DNA of 36,431 bases, taken from positions 1 to 36,431 of the forward strand of contig JAZRKN010000018.1 of assembly GCA_045646345.1 (NCBI GenBank), written 5' to 3'. The position numbers and the translations under genes are program-made. Positions 6,893 through 18,448 of this stretch are shown here, piece by piece. The notes beneath the pieces were generated by a model that saw only the letters and a program-made list of their open reading frames with translations, did no database searches and was not told the origin of the DNA. Position 1 is the first letter of the stretch. Each line of letters begins with the position of its first letter. Origin of the DNA: Candidatus Scatovivens sp. GTDB taxonomy: Bacteria; Bacillota; Clostridia; TANB77; CAG-508.

Positions 6893-9502
6893 ATGGCAGA
6901 ATATTCACCTATGATGCAAAGTTATTTGGCAACTAAAGAACAATATAAAGATTGTATCTTATTTTATAGATTGGGAGATTTTTATGAAATGTTTTTTGAT
7001 GATGCTATAGTTGCATCAAGAGAACTTGAGATAACTTTAACTGGAAAAGCTTGTGGTATGGAAGAAAAAGCTCCTATGTGTGGAATACCACACCATGCAG
7101 TTGAAATATATTTATCAAGACTAATAGCAAAAGGTTATAAGGTTGCAATTTGTGAACAATTAGAAGATCCTAAAACAACAAAAGGTATCGTAAAAAGAGA
7201 TGTAATTAGAGTTGTAACACCAGGTACTGTTATTGAAAATAATATGCTTGAAGAGAAGAAAAATAATTATATTATGAGTATTGTAAAAAAAGGATTATAT
7301 TACGGGCTTGGAATTTGCGATATTAGTACTGGTGATTTTTATGCTACACAAATAAAACTTCAAGAAAATAATTTTGAAAAATTATTAGATGAATATGCTA
7401 GATATGCGCCTGCAGAATTAGTAGTAAACACAGCAATGGGGAATTCTGAAAAAGAATTAAACATAATGAAGGATAGAAATAATTGTTTTGTTACAGTAAG
7501 AGATGACAAAATGTTTGAAAATGATTCTCAAACGCTTTTAAATCTTTATACAATTGTAGATGGTTTTGATAAGCCAAAAGAAGAGTTTTATGATGAAGAT
7601 TTAATTGTTTGCAGTATAAACGGATTAATAAATTATTTTACAGAAACTCAAAAGGTAAAATTAGAACATTTAAATAAAATTCAAGTATATGAAGTGAAAA
7701 AATATATGGCATTAGATATTAATGCTAGAAGAAGTTTAGAATTAACAGAAAGAATGAGAGATAAATCTAAAAAAGGTACTCTTATTTGGGTATTGGATAA
7801 AACTTCAACTTCAATGGGAGGAAGACTTTTAAGAAGATGGATTAATGATCCATTATTGAATGTTGAAGAAATCAATGAAAGATTAGATGCTGTTAAAGAA
7901 TTAAAAGACAATATGATGCTTAGAGGAGATATTCAAGAACTTCTAAAAAAAGTTTATGATATTGAAAGATTAGCTGGAAAAATTTCTTATGGAAACGCAA
8001 ATGCTAGAGATATGATTTCTTTAAGAAATTCACTTTCAAATCTTCCAGAATTAAAACAAATTCTAAGTATGGCAAATTCAACACTTCTAAAAAAACTATA
8101 TGAAAAACTAGATGAACTAAAAGATATTCACAAATTAATAGAGGATGCAATTGTAGATGAACCACCAATCAGTGTGAAAGATGGAGGGATAATCAAAAAA
8201 GGATATAACGAACTTATAGATGAATATCGTAGTGCTTCAACTGAAGGAAAAAACTGGATTATTGCATTAGAAGCAAAAGAAAAAGAGAAAACAGGAATTA
8301 AAAATTTAAAAATAGGTTATACAAAGGTATTTGGTTACTATATAGAAATTACAAGATCATTTCTAAATATGGTTCCTGAAGATTATATTAGAAAACAAAC
8401 TTTAACTGGGGCAGAAAGATTTATAACTGAAGAGTTAAAAACAATTGAAGATAAAATTTTAGGTTCTGAAGAAAAAGTAGTGGCTTTAGAATATGAAGAA
8501 TTTACAAAAATAAGAACAGAAATAGCAAGAAATATAGAAAGACTTCAAAATTCAGCAAGTTCAATTGCAAATGTAGATGTTTTATTAAGTTTAGCAATTG
8601 TTGCTGAAAATAATAATTATGTTTGTCCAAATGTTAACGATGGAGAAGTTTTAGATATAAAAGGTGGACGTCATCCTGTTGTCGAAAAAATGGTAGAAGA
8701 TGGAATATTCGTAGAAAATGATACATATCTAGATTGTGAAGATACAAGAGTTGCGATTATTACAGGACCTAATATGGCGGGTAAATCTACATATATGAGA
8801 CAAGTTGCGATTATTTCTTTAATGGCTCAAATAGGAAGTTTTGTTCCGGCTGAAGAGGCAACGGTAGGAATAGTTGATAAAATATTTACAAGAGTTGGGG
8901 CTTCAGATGATTTGAGTAGTGGACAAAGTACGTTTATGGTTGAAATGAACGAAGTTGCAAATATATTAAAAGATGCTACACCAAAGAGTTTAGTTATATT
9001 AGATGAAATTGGAAGAGGAACCTCAACATATGATGGTCTTTCAATCGCGTGGGCTGTTGCCGAATATATTGCAAATAAAGAGAAAATTGGTTGTAAAACA
9101 TTGTTTGCAACGCACTATCACGAACTATTACAACTTGAAGGTACTGTTGAAGGTATAAAAAATTATTCTGTTGCGGTTAGAGAAAAGGGTGAAGACGTAA
9201 TTTTCTTAAGAAAAATTGTTGAAGGTGGAACTGACGAAAGTTATGGTATACATGTTGCAAAACTTGCTGGTGTTCCGAGAAATGTTGTGACAAGAGCAAA
9301 CAAAATATTACGTTCTTTAGAAAGAGGCGGAGTAAAAGTAAAAGAAGAAAAAGAAACAAAAAAACAAGTGGAAGGGCAATTCGATTTGTTTGATGTTAAA
9401 TTTTCGGATATTTCTCGTGAATTAGATAAAATAAACGTAAACGAACTTACTCCAATAGAAGCTTTAAATACACTTGTTAAATTAAAAGATATGATTAAAT
9501 AA
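6893..9502 (+). CDS. mutS: DNA mismatch repair protein MutS
   Basis: PMMQSY, RLGDFYEMFFDDA mismatch-binding motif, TGPNMAGKSTYMRQ, DEIGRGTST, FATHYHEL. Confidence 0.99.
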   Translation: MAEYSPMMQSYLATKEQYKDCILFYRLGDFYEMFFDDAIVASRELEITLTGKACGMEEKAPMCGIPHHAVEIYLSRLIAKGYKVAICEQLEDPKTTKGIVKRDVIRVVTPGTVIENNMLEEKKNNYIMSIVKKGLYYGLGICDISTGDFYATQIKLQENNFEKLLDEYARYAPAELVVNTAMGNSEKELNIMKDRNNCFVTVRDDKMFENDSQTLLNLYTIVDGFDKPKEEFYDEDLIVCSINGLINYFTETQKVKLEHLNKIQVYEVKKYMALDINARRSLELTERMRDKSKKGTLIWVLDKTSTSMGGRLLRRWINDPLLNVEEINERLDAVKELKDNMMLRGDIQELLKKVYDIERLAGKISYGNANARDMISLRNSLSNLPELKQILSMANSTLLKKLYEKLDELKDIHKLIEDAIVDEPPISVKDGGIIKKGYNELIDEYRSASTEGKNWIIALEAKEKEKTGIKNLKIGYTKVFGYYIEITRSFLNMVPEDYIRKQTLTGAERFITEELKTIEDKILGSEEKVVALEYEEFTKIRTEIARNIERLQNSASSIANVDVLLSLAIVAENNNYVCPNVNDGEVLDIKGGRHPVVEKMVEDGIFVENDTYLDCEDTRVAIITGPNMAGKSTYMRQVAIISLMAQIGSFVPAEEATVGIVDKIFTRVGASDDLSSGQSTFMVEMNEVANILKDATPKSLVILDEIGRGTSTYDGLSIAWAVAEYIANKEKIGCKTLFATHYHELLQLEGTVEGIKNYSVAVREKGEDVIFLRKIVEGGTDESYGIHVAKLAGVPRNVVTRANKILRSLERGGVKVKEEKETKKQVEGQFDLFDVKFSDISRELDKINVNELTPIEALNTLVKLKDMIK

Positions 9503-9515
9503 AAGGAAATGAAAC

Positions 9516-10541
9516 GTGAATAATTCTATTGAAAAAAAGATTGATCTAAATAAGATTATAAGCGAAATGTATCAAAAGTTTGGAAAAGACGGGTTGACAG
9601 AGTTTGAAGTAGCTAGATATTTGTATATTGAGCTTGGTAAATTATTCAGATTTAATTTAAACTATATAACTGCATATGATTTAAAACAAGAAGATATATA
9701 TTTCGATTATATAAAAGATTATGATAATATTCCAACTAACAATTGTGTTTGTGTACAAATGTCTGATGTTTATGTTGAAATTTTAAAGAGAGTTGGGATT
9801 ACTGCAAAAACAGAAGCGGATATAAAAGCAGATCCAAACTATGAAATGCCACATAAATATACGATTGTGAGTTTAAGTGATGGTAGAGAATTTGTGGGTG
9901 ATATGATTTATGATTTACCTTACATTCAACTTGGGCTTAAAACTTGGAATTTTGGGAAAAATTCAGAAGACGGAAGAAAAGATATCTTGTCTGATGAAGA
10001 AATAAAAGCGGCAGATGATAAAATTGGATATACATATCAATTTTTTGAAGAAAAAGCATATACAGAAGCATTTTTAGAAATGATAAAAGAGGAATTAAAT
10101 GATTCTCAAAAAATGCGAGAATATGTACGAGATGTATATAATGGAGAAGAATTTAAGGAAGAAAATTTAATTGCGTATAAATTAGATTTGATAAAAAATT
10201 TTATAAAATTACAAACTATGGGTGGGCATGAAGCATCTAAAATATTAGGAATTTTGTATAAGAATTTCTTTTCGGAAGAAGAGAGGAAAAAATTGAGTTT
10301 TGTTTTATTATGTGCAGAACCTGTTGAAGATCATGTAATAGGAAATGTAGAAAAGTTGGTTTGTTTTTGCTTTAAGAAAAATGAAAAAGAATGCCAATAT
10401 TATGCATACGAAGAAGGTGGAACTTTAGAAAAAGTGACTAGGGAAGAATTGGGCGAAAAACTTGAAGCTAAGAAATATCTTATATTAAAACAAAGAAATA
10501 CAAATAAATCTCAATATGGTGATGATATATTTTTTAAATAA
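9516..10541 (+). CDS. Transglutaminase-like (Cys-His-Asp) hypothetical protein
   Basis: GTG start with AAAGGA RBS; CVCVQMSDVYVEILKRVGI, PHKYTIV and FVGDMIYD give C-H-D in the order typical of the transglutaminase-like superfamily. Confidence 0.6.
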   Translation: MNNSIEKKIDLNKIISEMYQKFGKDGLTEFEVARYLYIELGKLFRFNLNYITAYDLKQEDIYFDYIKDYDNIPTNNCVCVQMSDVYVEILKRVGITAKTEADIKADPNYEMPHKYTIVSLSDGREFVGDMIYDLPYIQLGLKTWNFGKNSEDGRKDILSDEEIKAADDKIGYTYQFFEEKAYTEAFLEMIKEELNDSQKMREYVRDVYNGEEFKEENLIAYKLDLIKNFIKLQTMGGHEASKILGILYKNFFSEEERKKLSFVLLCAEPVEDHVIGNVEKLVCFCFKKNEKECQYYAYEEGGTLEKVTREELGEKLEAKKYLILKQRNTNKSQYGDDIFFK

Positions 10542-10547
10542 TAAATT

Positions 10548-10576
10548 AAATGGTCAATTTTATTGGCCATTTTTTT
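10548..10576 (+). terminator. Intrinsic terminator
   Basis: aaatggtcaa-tttta-ttggccattt (one G-U pair) plus T-run. Confidence 0.75.
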
Positions 10577-10596
10577 CGTAAAAAGTAATATAGAAA

Positions 10597-10626
10597 TTGA
10601 CTTAAAATTGAATGAAATGTTATAAT
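10597..10626 (+). promoter_or_regulatory. Sigma-A-type promoter with extended -10
   Basis: TTGACT-N18-TATAAT with TG at 10618-10619. Confidence 0.7.
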
Positions 10627-10729
10627 TATTATATTGGTAAATTTATACCATAAATATCATGCGTAACATAAAAATGAAGCGTGATTATTTGTCTCTTTTC
10701 AATAAAGCCTGTAAAAAAGGAGGAATTAC

Positions 10730-11650
10730 ATGATAATAACAAGCAACTTTTTTCCATCAAGCAACAAATTGTCAGATATCCACTATGTGGAATACAAGCC
10801 GGAAGGTAATGTTAGCCAAACACTGATTATTGCCCATGGAATTGGAGAACACGGAGGGAGATATCAGGAGCTTGCGGAAAAATTGAGTTCCAAAGGAATC
10901 TCTGTTTTCGCAATGGATTTTATTGGACACGGAAAGTCTATTGGCCCAGATATGATGCCAATGTATTTCGGGGAGAATGGTTGGGACTTCTTAGTGGAAG
11001 ACTTGATTTCTCTCAACAAAATTGTTAAAGAGAAATACCCGAAAATTCCTTGCTATTTGTTGGGATTTTCGATGGGAAGTTTTGTGGTTCGAACAGCGAT
11101 GGCTGAACGAGCAAGCGAGCTTCGTATCGATGGCACGATTTTGGCGGGATCTGGTTATTTAGCGCCTTTAGTGGCTAATGTGGTGAAGAAACTTGTTGCT
11201 GGCGAAGCAAAAAAATGCGGAGCATACAATGTTTCCGAGAAAGTAAACGAACTTGCTTTTGGAAACTACAACAAGTATTTCAAACCTTGTCGTACTGAGT
11301 ACGATTGGCTTTGCAGTAATGCAGATGGTGTTGAAAGCTATATCGACGATCCGATGACTCACAAGTTCATTACTCCGGGCATGTTTATGGATTTACTTGG
11401 TGGAATGGCTCGTGTTAATCGAAGAAATGCTGTTGATGGCAGCAAGAAAGTTCCTGTGTTACTTTTAACAGGAGAGGAAGACCCTGTGGGAGAATTTACG
11501 AAGGGGGTTAAAAAACTTAGTAAGGCATTTAAGGAAACAAATCCTGATGTTGAGCTTAAGATTTATCCTCATTCAAGACATGATATTTTGCATGACAACG
11601 ACAAAGAAGTTGTTATGTCGGATATCTATATGTGGTTGAAAAATCATTAA
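10730..11650 (+). CDS. Alpha/beta hydrolase, lysophospholipase (PldB/Hydrolase_4)-like; elevated GC
   Basis: HGIGEHGGRY, DFIGHGKS, nucleophile GFSMG, GEEDPVG (Asp), SRHDILHD (His). Confidence 0.92.
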   Translation: MIITSNFFPSSNKLSDIHYVEYKPEGNVSQTLIIAHGIGEHGGRYQELAEKLSSKGISVFAMDFIGHGKSIGPDMMPMYFGENGWDFLVEDLISLNKIVKEKYPKIPCYLLGFSMGSFVVRTAMAERASELRIDGTILAGSGYLAPLVANVVKKLVAGEAKKCGAYNVSEKVNELAFGNYNKYFKPCRTEYDWLCSNADGVESYIDDPMTHKFITPGMFMDLLGGMARVNRRNAVDGSKKVPVLLLTGEEDPVGEFTKGVKKLSKAFKETNPDVELKIYPHSRHDILHDNDKEVVMSDIYMWLKNH

Positions 11651-11679
11651 AAAACTCCCTACAATTTAATATGGAGACG

Positions 11680-11716
11680 ACTGCCTTCCGATGGTTTCGG
11701 AAGGCAGTTTTCTTTT
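11680..11716 (+). terminator. Intrinsic terminator
   Basis: actgccttccga-tggtt-tcggaaggcagt plus T-rich tail. Confidence 0.92.
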
Positions 11717-11749
11717 ACCATAAAAACCTTTAAAATGCTTGAATTACTA

Positions 11750-11778
11750 TTGATTTTTTATGGTTTTAATGATATAAA
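11750..11778 (+). promoter_or_regulatory. Putative promoter of ftsY unit
   Basis: TTGATT-N17-TATAAA with TG extension. Confidence 0.45.
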
Positions 11779-11806
11779 ATAAAGGTGTATATTAAAAGGA
11801 GGAATT

Positions 11807-12712
11807 ATGGGATTTTTCGATAAATTAAAGCAAGGATTAGGCAAAACAAAATCATCAATTGATGAAAAAATAAACAATGTATTTAGCGCTTTTAGAAAAG
11901 TTGATGAAGAATTATTAGAAGAATTAGAAGAAGTTTTAGTAATGTCTGATATAGGAATGGAAACTTCTGTAAAAATAATAGATGAATTAAGAACAAAAAT
12001 AAAAAGAGAAAAAATAGAAGACGAAAATGATGTAAAAAAAGCTTTAAAAGAAATTATGAGAGAAATACTAGAGATTACAGAACCTAAATTGAATTTAGAA
12101 ACAAAACCATCTGTAATTTTAGTTGTTGGAGTTAATGGGGTTGGAAAAACAACTTCAATTGGAAAAATAGCAAATAACTTAGTAAAGCAAGGAAACAAAG
12201 TTGTTGTTGCAGCAGCGGATACATTTAGAGCAGCGGCGGTTGAACAGTTGGAAGTTTGGGCACAACGTTCAGGAAGTATGATTGTAAAAAAAGAAGAAGG
12301 AGCAGATCCAGCAGCGGTTGTGTTTGATGCAATCAAAAAGACAAAAGAAGTTGGAGCTGATATTTTAATTGTTGATACAGCTGGAAGGTTGCACAATAAA
12401 AAATATTTGATGGATGAACTTTTTAAAATTAAAAAAGTTATAGAAAAAGAGATGGCTGACTGTAGCAAAGAAGTTTTACTTGTATTAGATGCAGAAACAG
12501 GACAAAATGCAATATCACAAGTAAAAGCATTTAAAGAAACAACAGATATTACAGGACTAGTTTTAACAAAACTAGATGGAACAGCAAAAGGTGGAGTTGT
12601 ACTTGGAATTGTATCTGAAAATCAAATACCAGTTAAATTTATTGGCGTTGGTGAACAAATAGATGATATGCAAGTATTTAATGCGGAAGAGTTTTTGAAC
12701 GCAATTATATAG
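11807..12712 (+). CDS. ftsY: Signal recognition particle receptor FtsY
   Basis: GVNGVGKTTSIGK, DTFRAAA, DTAGRLHNK, TKLDGTAKGG; short NG-only form. Confidence 0.98.
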   Translation: MGFFDKLKQGLGKTKSSIDEKINNVFSAFRKVDEELLEELEEVLVMSDIGMETSVKIIDELRTKIKREKIEDENDVKKALKEIMREILEITEPKLNLETKPSVILVVGVNGVGKTTSIGKIANNLVKQGNKVVVAAADTFRAAAVEQLEVWAQRSGSMIVKKEEGADPAAVVFDAIKKTKEVGADILIVDTAGRLHNKKYLMDELFKIKKVIEKEMADCSKEVLLVLDAETGQNAISQVKAFKETTDITGLVLTKLDGTAKGGVVLGIVSENQIPVKFIGVGEQIDDMQVFNAEEFLNAII

Positions 12713-12727
12713 AAGGAGTAAGATAAA

Positions 12728-15622
12728 ATGGAAGAAGCAAAAAAAGCAGAAGTAAACACTAAAGAAAAGAAAAAATTTTCAGTAAAAATAGTAATAGTTT
12801 TATTAGCTTTAATTGTTTTTAGCTTATTTACAGCTATTTCTTTAAGATCTGAATATTTAAATGTTTTAGGTATTGGTGAAGAATATTTAAACGTTTTTGA
12901 ACAAAAAATAAAAAATAAGTATACAGTATTTGGGACGGCTTTTGTCTTAATATATGTATTTGTTTATATATTAAATAAATTTATAAAAAGAGGATTAAAA
13001 AAATTCTTTGAAGATGAAAAGAAAGAAATGCCATCAAAATTACCAAATAAAAGCTTAAGTTTAATACTTGGTTTGATAGGTGGAGCTATTGCAGCGGCAA
13101 TGTTGACTGATAAGCTTGCAATAATATCAAATGCGGCATTATTTGGACAAAGTGATCCTATATTTGGAGCGGACATTGGATACTATATGTTTGCGATTCC
13201 TTTTATTCAAACAATGTTGATTTTTTTAATGGAAGTTTTCTTAGTAGCTATAATTTACACAGGTCTTTACTATGTAATAACTTTAAATACATTTTTTGAT
13301 GGTGTAGATGTAGAAACTTTAAAGAAAAATACTTTTATAAAACAAGAATTATTTTTGTTTGTATTATTAGCATTAGTATTTTGCGTTTATGTATTTATAA
13401 GTGCACAAAACATTTTGACTGGAAATATGCTTACAATTGGTGATGAGATTAAAACAGTGTTAATTGGCGCAGGTAAAGCTGATGTAACGATAAAACTTTG
13501 GGGTTATAGAGTTTTAACATTTGTAATAGCTATAGCATTAATAAGATTATTAATTTATATTAAAAAACAAAATTTTAAACAATCTGTTATTTCTGTAATG
13601 ATTGTTCCAGCATATTTATTTTGTATGTTTTTAGTGATGATTTATTTCCAAACAATTCATGTTGGGAATAATGCTTTAGATAACGAAAAAGAATTCATTG
13701 GATATAATATTAAAAATACAAAAGCTGCATATGGAATTGATATAGATCAACAAAATATTAATTCATATTCAGCAATAACATCTGAACAAACAACAAAAAA
13801 TAAAGATGTTATAGATAATATTCCTTTAATAACAGAAGATGTAACACTAAATGCTGTTGCTGAACATCAAGAAAATAGTGTTTATTACAATTATGAAAAT
13901 ACATTCTTAGCTAATTATAAAGTTGATGGAAAAGATAAATTAATATATATAACACCAAGAGAAATTTTAAATGATTCGACAATTAGTTATAACAATAGAA
14001 CTTTAAAATATACTCATGGTTATTCTGTTGTTGCAACATCAGCTGTGGATGGAGATGCAGATGGTTATGCAGAATACATCTTATCTGATTTTACAAGTCA
14101 AGATAAATTAAAGATAAAAGAGCCTAGAATTTATTTTGGTTTAGAAACAAATAGTACAATAATGACTAATACAAAATTTGGGAAAGAATATGATTTTCCA
14201 ATAACAGCTTCAAAAAATGAAGAAAATACATATGGTGGAAAAGCAGGATTAAAATTAGGTTTCTTAGATAGATTGGTTTTAGCAATAACTGAAAGAAACT
14301 TTAAATTAGTATTTTCATCAGACATAACAGAGAATACTAAATTAATAAATAATAGAAATATTATTGAAAGAGCAAAAAAACTTTTACCAGATATATTGTA
14401 TGATGAAAACCCATATCTTGTAATAACAGAAGATGGAAGATTAGTATGGGTATTAGATGGTTACACAAGATCTAATAGCTATCCTTATTCACAAACATCA
14501 ACAATTAATATAAAAGGTTATAAAGAAAAATTAAATTATATAAGAAATTCTGTTAAAGTTTTAATTGATGCTTATGATGGAACAACAGAATTTTATATAA
14601 CAGATAATACAGATCCAGTTATTATGACATATAGAAATATTTATCCAGATTTATTTATAGAAGAAGAATTACCAGGTGATATTAAGGAACATTTAGTATA
14701 TCCAAAATTCTTATATGAAATTCAAGCTGATATGATTAATACATATCATGATATAAGTGAGGATACTTTATACAGAGCTGATGATATTTGGCAAATAACA
14801 CCAAAAGCTTCTCAAACAAAATCAACAGTTGTTGGAGTTGAAATGGAACCATATTATACAATGCTTAAAACATTAGATACAAATGGTTCAAAATTAGGTT
14901 TATTCTTAACTTATAATAAATATGGAAAACAAAATATAACATCATATTTAGTAGGAACTGTAAAAAATGGAAAATTAAACTTATCATTATATAAATTTAA
15001 TTCAGAAAGTAATGTTCCAGGAATTATGCAACTTAATAATCAAATTGAACAGGATGCAGCTATAACAAAACAATTAGAAGACATTAATACAAGTGGAACA
15101 AGATTAATAAAAGATATGATAATCGTTCCGATAGACAATACTTTATTATATGTTGAACCAATATATCAAGTAATGCTAAATGACGATAGTCAAATACCAA
15201 TACTTAAAAAAGTTATTGTTGCTTCAGGAAATATAGTTGCTATCGGTGATAGCTTAGATAAAGCAATTTCTAATTTGTTCAATGACGATTATGCGGTAGA
15301 TTTAGAATTTATAAACGTAGAAGATATTAGTGCATTAGTTGATTCTGTAATTAAAGCAAACAATAATTTAAAAGAATCTTTAAATGCTAGCGATTTTGAA
15401 ATGATAGGAAAAGATATTTCTACACTACAAGCTAGAATAAATCAATTAGAAACTGCAAGAAAAAATGAACTTGAAAGACAAGCTGAAAGTGAAAAGTTAG
15501 AAAACGAAGAAGAAAAAGATAAAGAAAATGACAACGAAAATGTTGTAGAAAATACAACTTCAAAAAATGAAGTTGTTGGTTCAAAAGAAAAAAGTACAAA
15601 TGAAGTAAGTAATGCTCATTAA
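12728..15622 (+). CDS. UPF0182 family membrane protein
   Basis: Multiple N-terminal TMs; DPIFGADIGYYMFAIP, YTHGY, EPRIYFG, PYLVITEDGRLVWVLDGYT...YPYS, NYIRNSVKVLIDAYDG, LLYVEPIY. Confidence 0.9.
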   Translation: MEEAKKAEVNTKEKKKFSVKIVIVLLALIVFSLFTAISLRSEYLNVLGIGEEYLNVFEQKIKNKYTVFGTAFVLIYVFVYILNKFIKRGLKKFFEDEKKEMPSKLPNKSLSLILGLIGGAIAAAMLTDKLAIISNAALFGQSDPIFGADIGYYMFAIPFIQTMLIFLMEVFLVAIIYTGLYYVITLNTFFDGVDVETLKKNTFIKQELFLFVLLALVFCVYVFISAQNILTGNMLTIGDEIKTVLIGAGKADVTIKLWGYRVLTFVIAIALIRLLIYIKKQNFKQSVISVMIVPAYLFCMFLVMIYFQTIHVGNNALDNEKEFIGYNIKNTKAAYGIDIDQQNINSYSAITSEQTTKNKDVIDNIPLITEDVTLNAVAEHQENSVYYNYENTFLANYKVDGKDKLIYITPREILNDSTISYNNRTLKYTHGYSVVATSAVDGDADGYAEYILSDFTSQDKLKIKEPRIYFGLETNSTIMTNTKFGKEYDFPITASKNEENTYGGKAGLKLGFLDRLVLAITERNFKLVFSSDITENTKLINNRNIIERAKKLLPDILYDENPYLVITEDGRLVWVLDGYTRSNSYPYSQTSTINIKGYKEKLNYIRNSVKVLIDAYDGTTEFYITDNTDPVIMTYRNIYPDLFIEEELPGDIKEHLVYPKFLYEIQADMINTYHDISEDTLYRADDIWQITPKASQTKSTVVGVEMEPYYTMLKTLDTNGSKLGLFLTYNKYGKQNITSYLVGTVKNGKLNLSLYKFNSESNVPGIMQLNNQIEQDAAITKQLEDINTSGTRLIKDMIIVPIDNTLLYVEPIYQVMLNDDSQIPILKKVIVASGNIVAIGDSLDKAISNLFNDDYAVDLEFINVEDISALVDSVIKANNNLKESLNASDFEMIGKDISTLQARINQLETARKNELERQAESEKLENEEEKDKENDNENVVENTTSKNEVVGSKEKSTNEVSNAH

Positions 15623-15647
15623 ACTAAATAGAAAAGGAGATATTAAA

Positions 15648-16301
15648 ATGAATTTAGCAAACAAATTAACTGTGTTAAGAATGATATTAGTTCCAATATT
15701 TGTTATTGTTGGATATTTAGGAACTTTAGGAGTAATAACAGGAGAATGGCTTGGAATACCAATGTCATTCTGGATAATGAATTTGATTTTTGTTATAGCT
15801 TCAATAACAGATAAATTAGATGGCTATATCGCAAGATCAAGAAACCAAGTAACTACATTTGGGAAATTTCTAGATCCATTAGCAGATAAAATTTTAGTTT
15901 TAACAGCACTTGTAATGTTAGTTGAATATGGAAAAATACCTGCTTGGATACCAGTAATTGTTTTAGCTAGAGAATTTTTAGTATCAGGATATAGATTAGT
16001 TGCTGTTGAAAAAGGCGGAAAAGTAATTGCTGCATCAATTTGGGGAAAATTAAAAACAGTAACACAAATGATTGCAATTATTTTAGTGTTTGCAGACAAA
16101 TTTAATTTCTTTGATTTTGTAAGAGCTACAACAAATCAAGCTCAAGCTATGGCAAGTAGTTTTCAAGTTTATATGACGACACCAGAATTAGTATTTAACG
16201 GTGTAACATCTGTATTAATGTTAATTTCTGTAGTTGCAACTATATTCTCAGGATATGATTATTTAAAAGGTGGAAAAGATTTATTTAAAGATAAAGAATA
16301 A
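15648..16301 (+). CDS. pgsA: CDP-diacylglycerol--glycerol-3-phosphate 3-phosphatidyltransferase
   Basis: MNLANKLTVLR, TDKLDGYIAR...FGKFLDPLADK; start moved to ATG 15648 behind AAAGGAG. Confidence 0.95.
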   Translation: MNLANKLTVLRMILVPIFVIVGYLGTLGVITGEWLGIPMSFWIMNLIFVIASITDKLDGYIARSRNQVTTFGKFLDPLADKILVLTALVMLVEYGKIPAWIPVIVLAREFLVSGYRLVAVEKGGKVIAASIWGKLKTVTQMIAIILVFADKFNFFDFVRATTNQAQAMASSFQVYMTTPELVFNGVTSVLMLISVVATIFSGYDYLKGGKDLFKDKE

Positions 16302-16358
16302 TTACAAGAGATAATAAAATATTTTTGATTATTTTAAAATATCAATGAAAGAGAATAA

Positions 16359-18425
<2,067 letters not shown>

Positions 18426-18448
18426 ATAAAAGTATAAGGAGAGAAAAA

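Noticed and set aside
11758-12468. 236-aa minus-strand ORF
   Set aside because: Antisense shadow of the highly conserved ftsY; no protein-like motifs
15470-15620. Low-complexity E/K/N tail of the UPF0182 protein
   Set aside because: Ordinary disordered tail in an AT-rich genome; no regular repeat unit
15612-15647. Track starts for pgsA (15612), queH (24161), argH (28407) and rhomboid (33122)
   Set aside because: They overlap upstream genes; downstream ATGs have proper RBSs and family-typical N-termini
16325-16345. Imperfect palindrome ttgattattttaaaatatcaa upstream of ligA
   Set aside because: Almost entirely A/T, imperfect, no second copy seen; cannot be distinguished from chance
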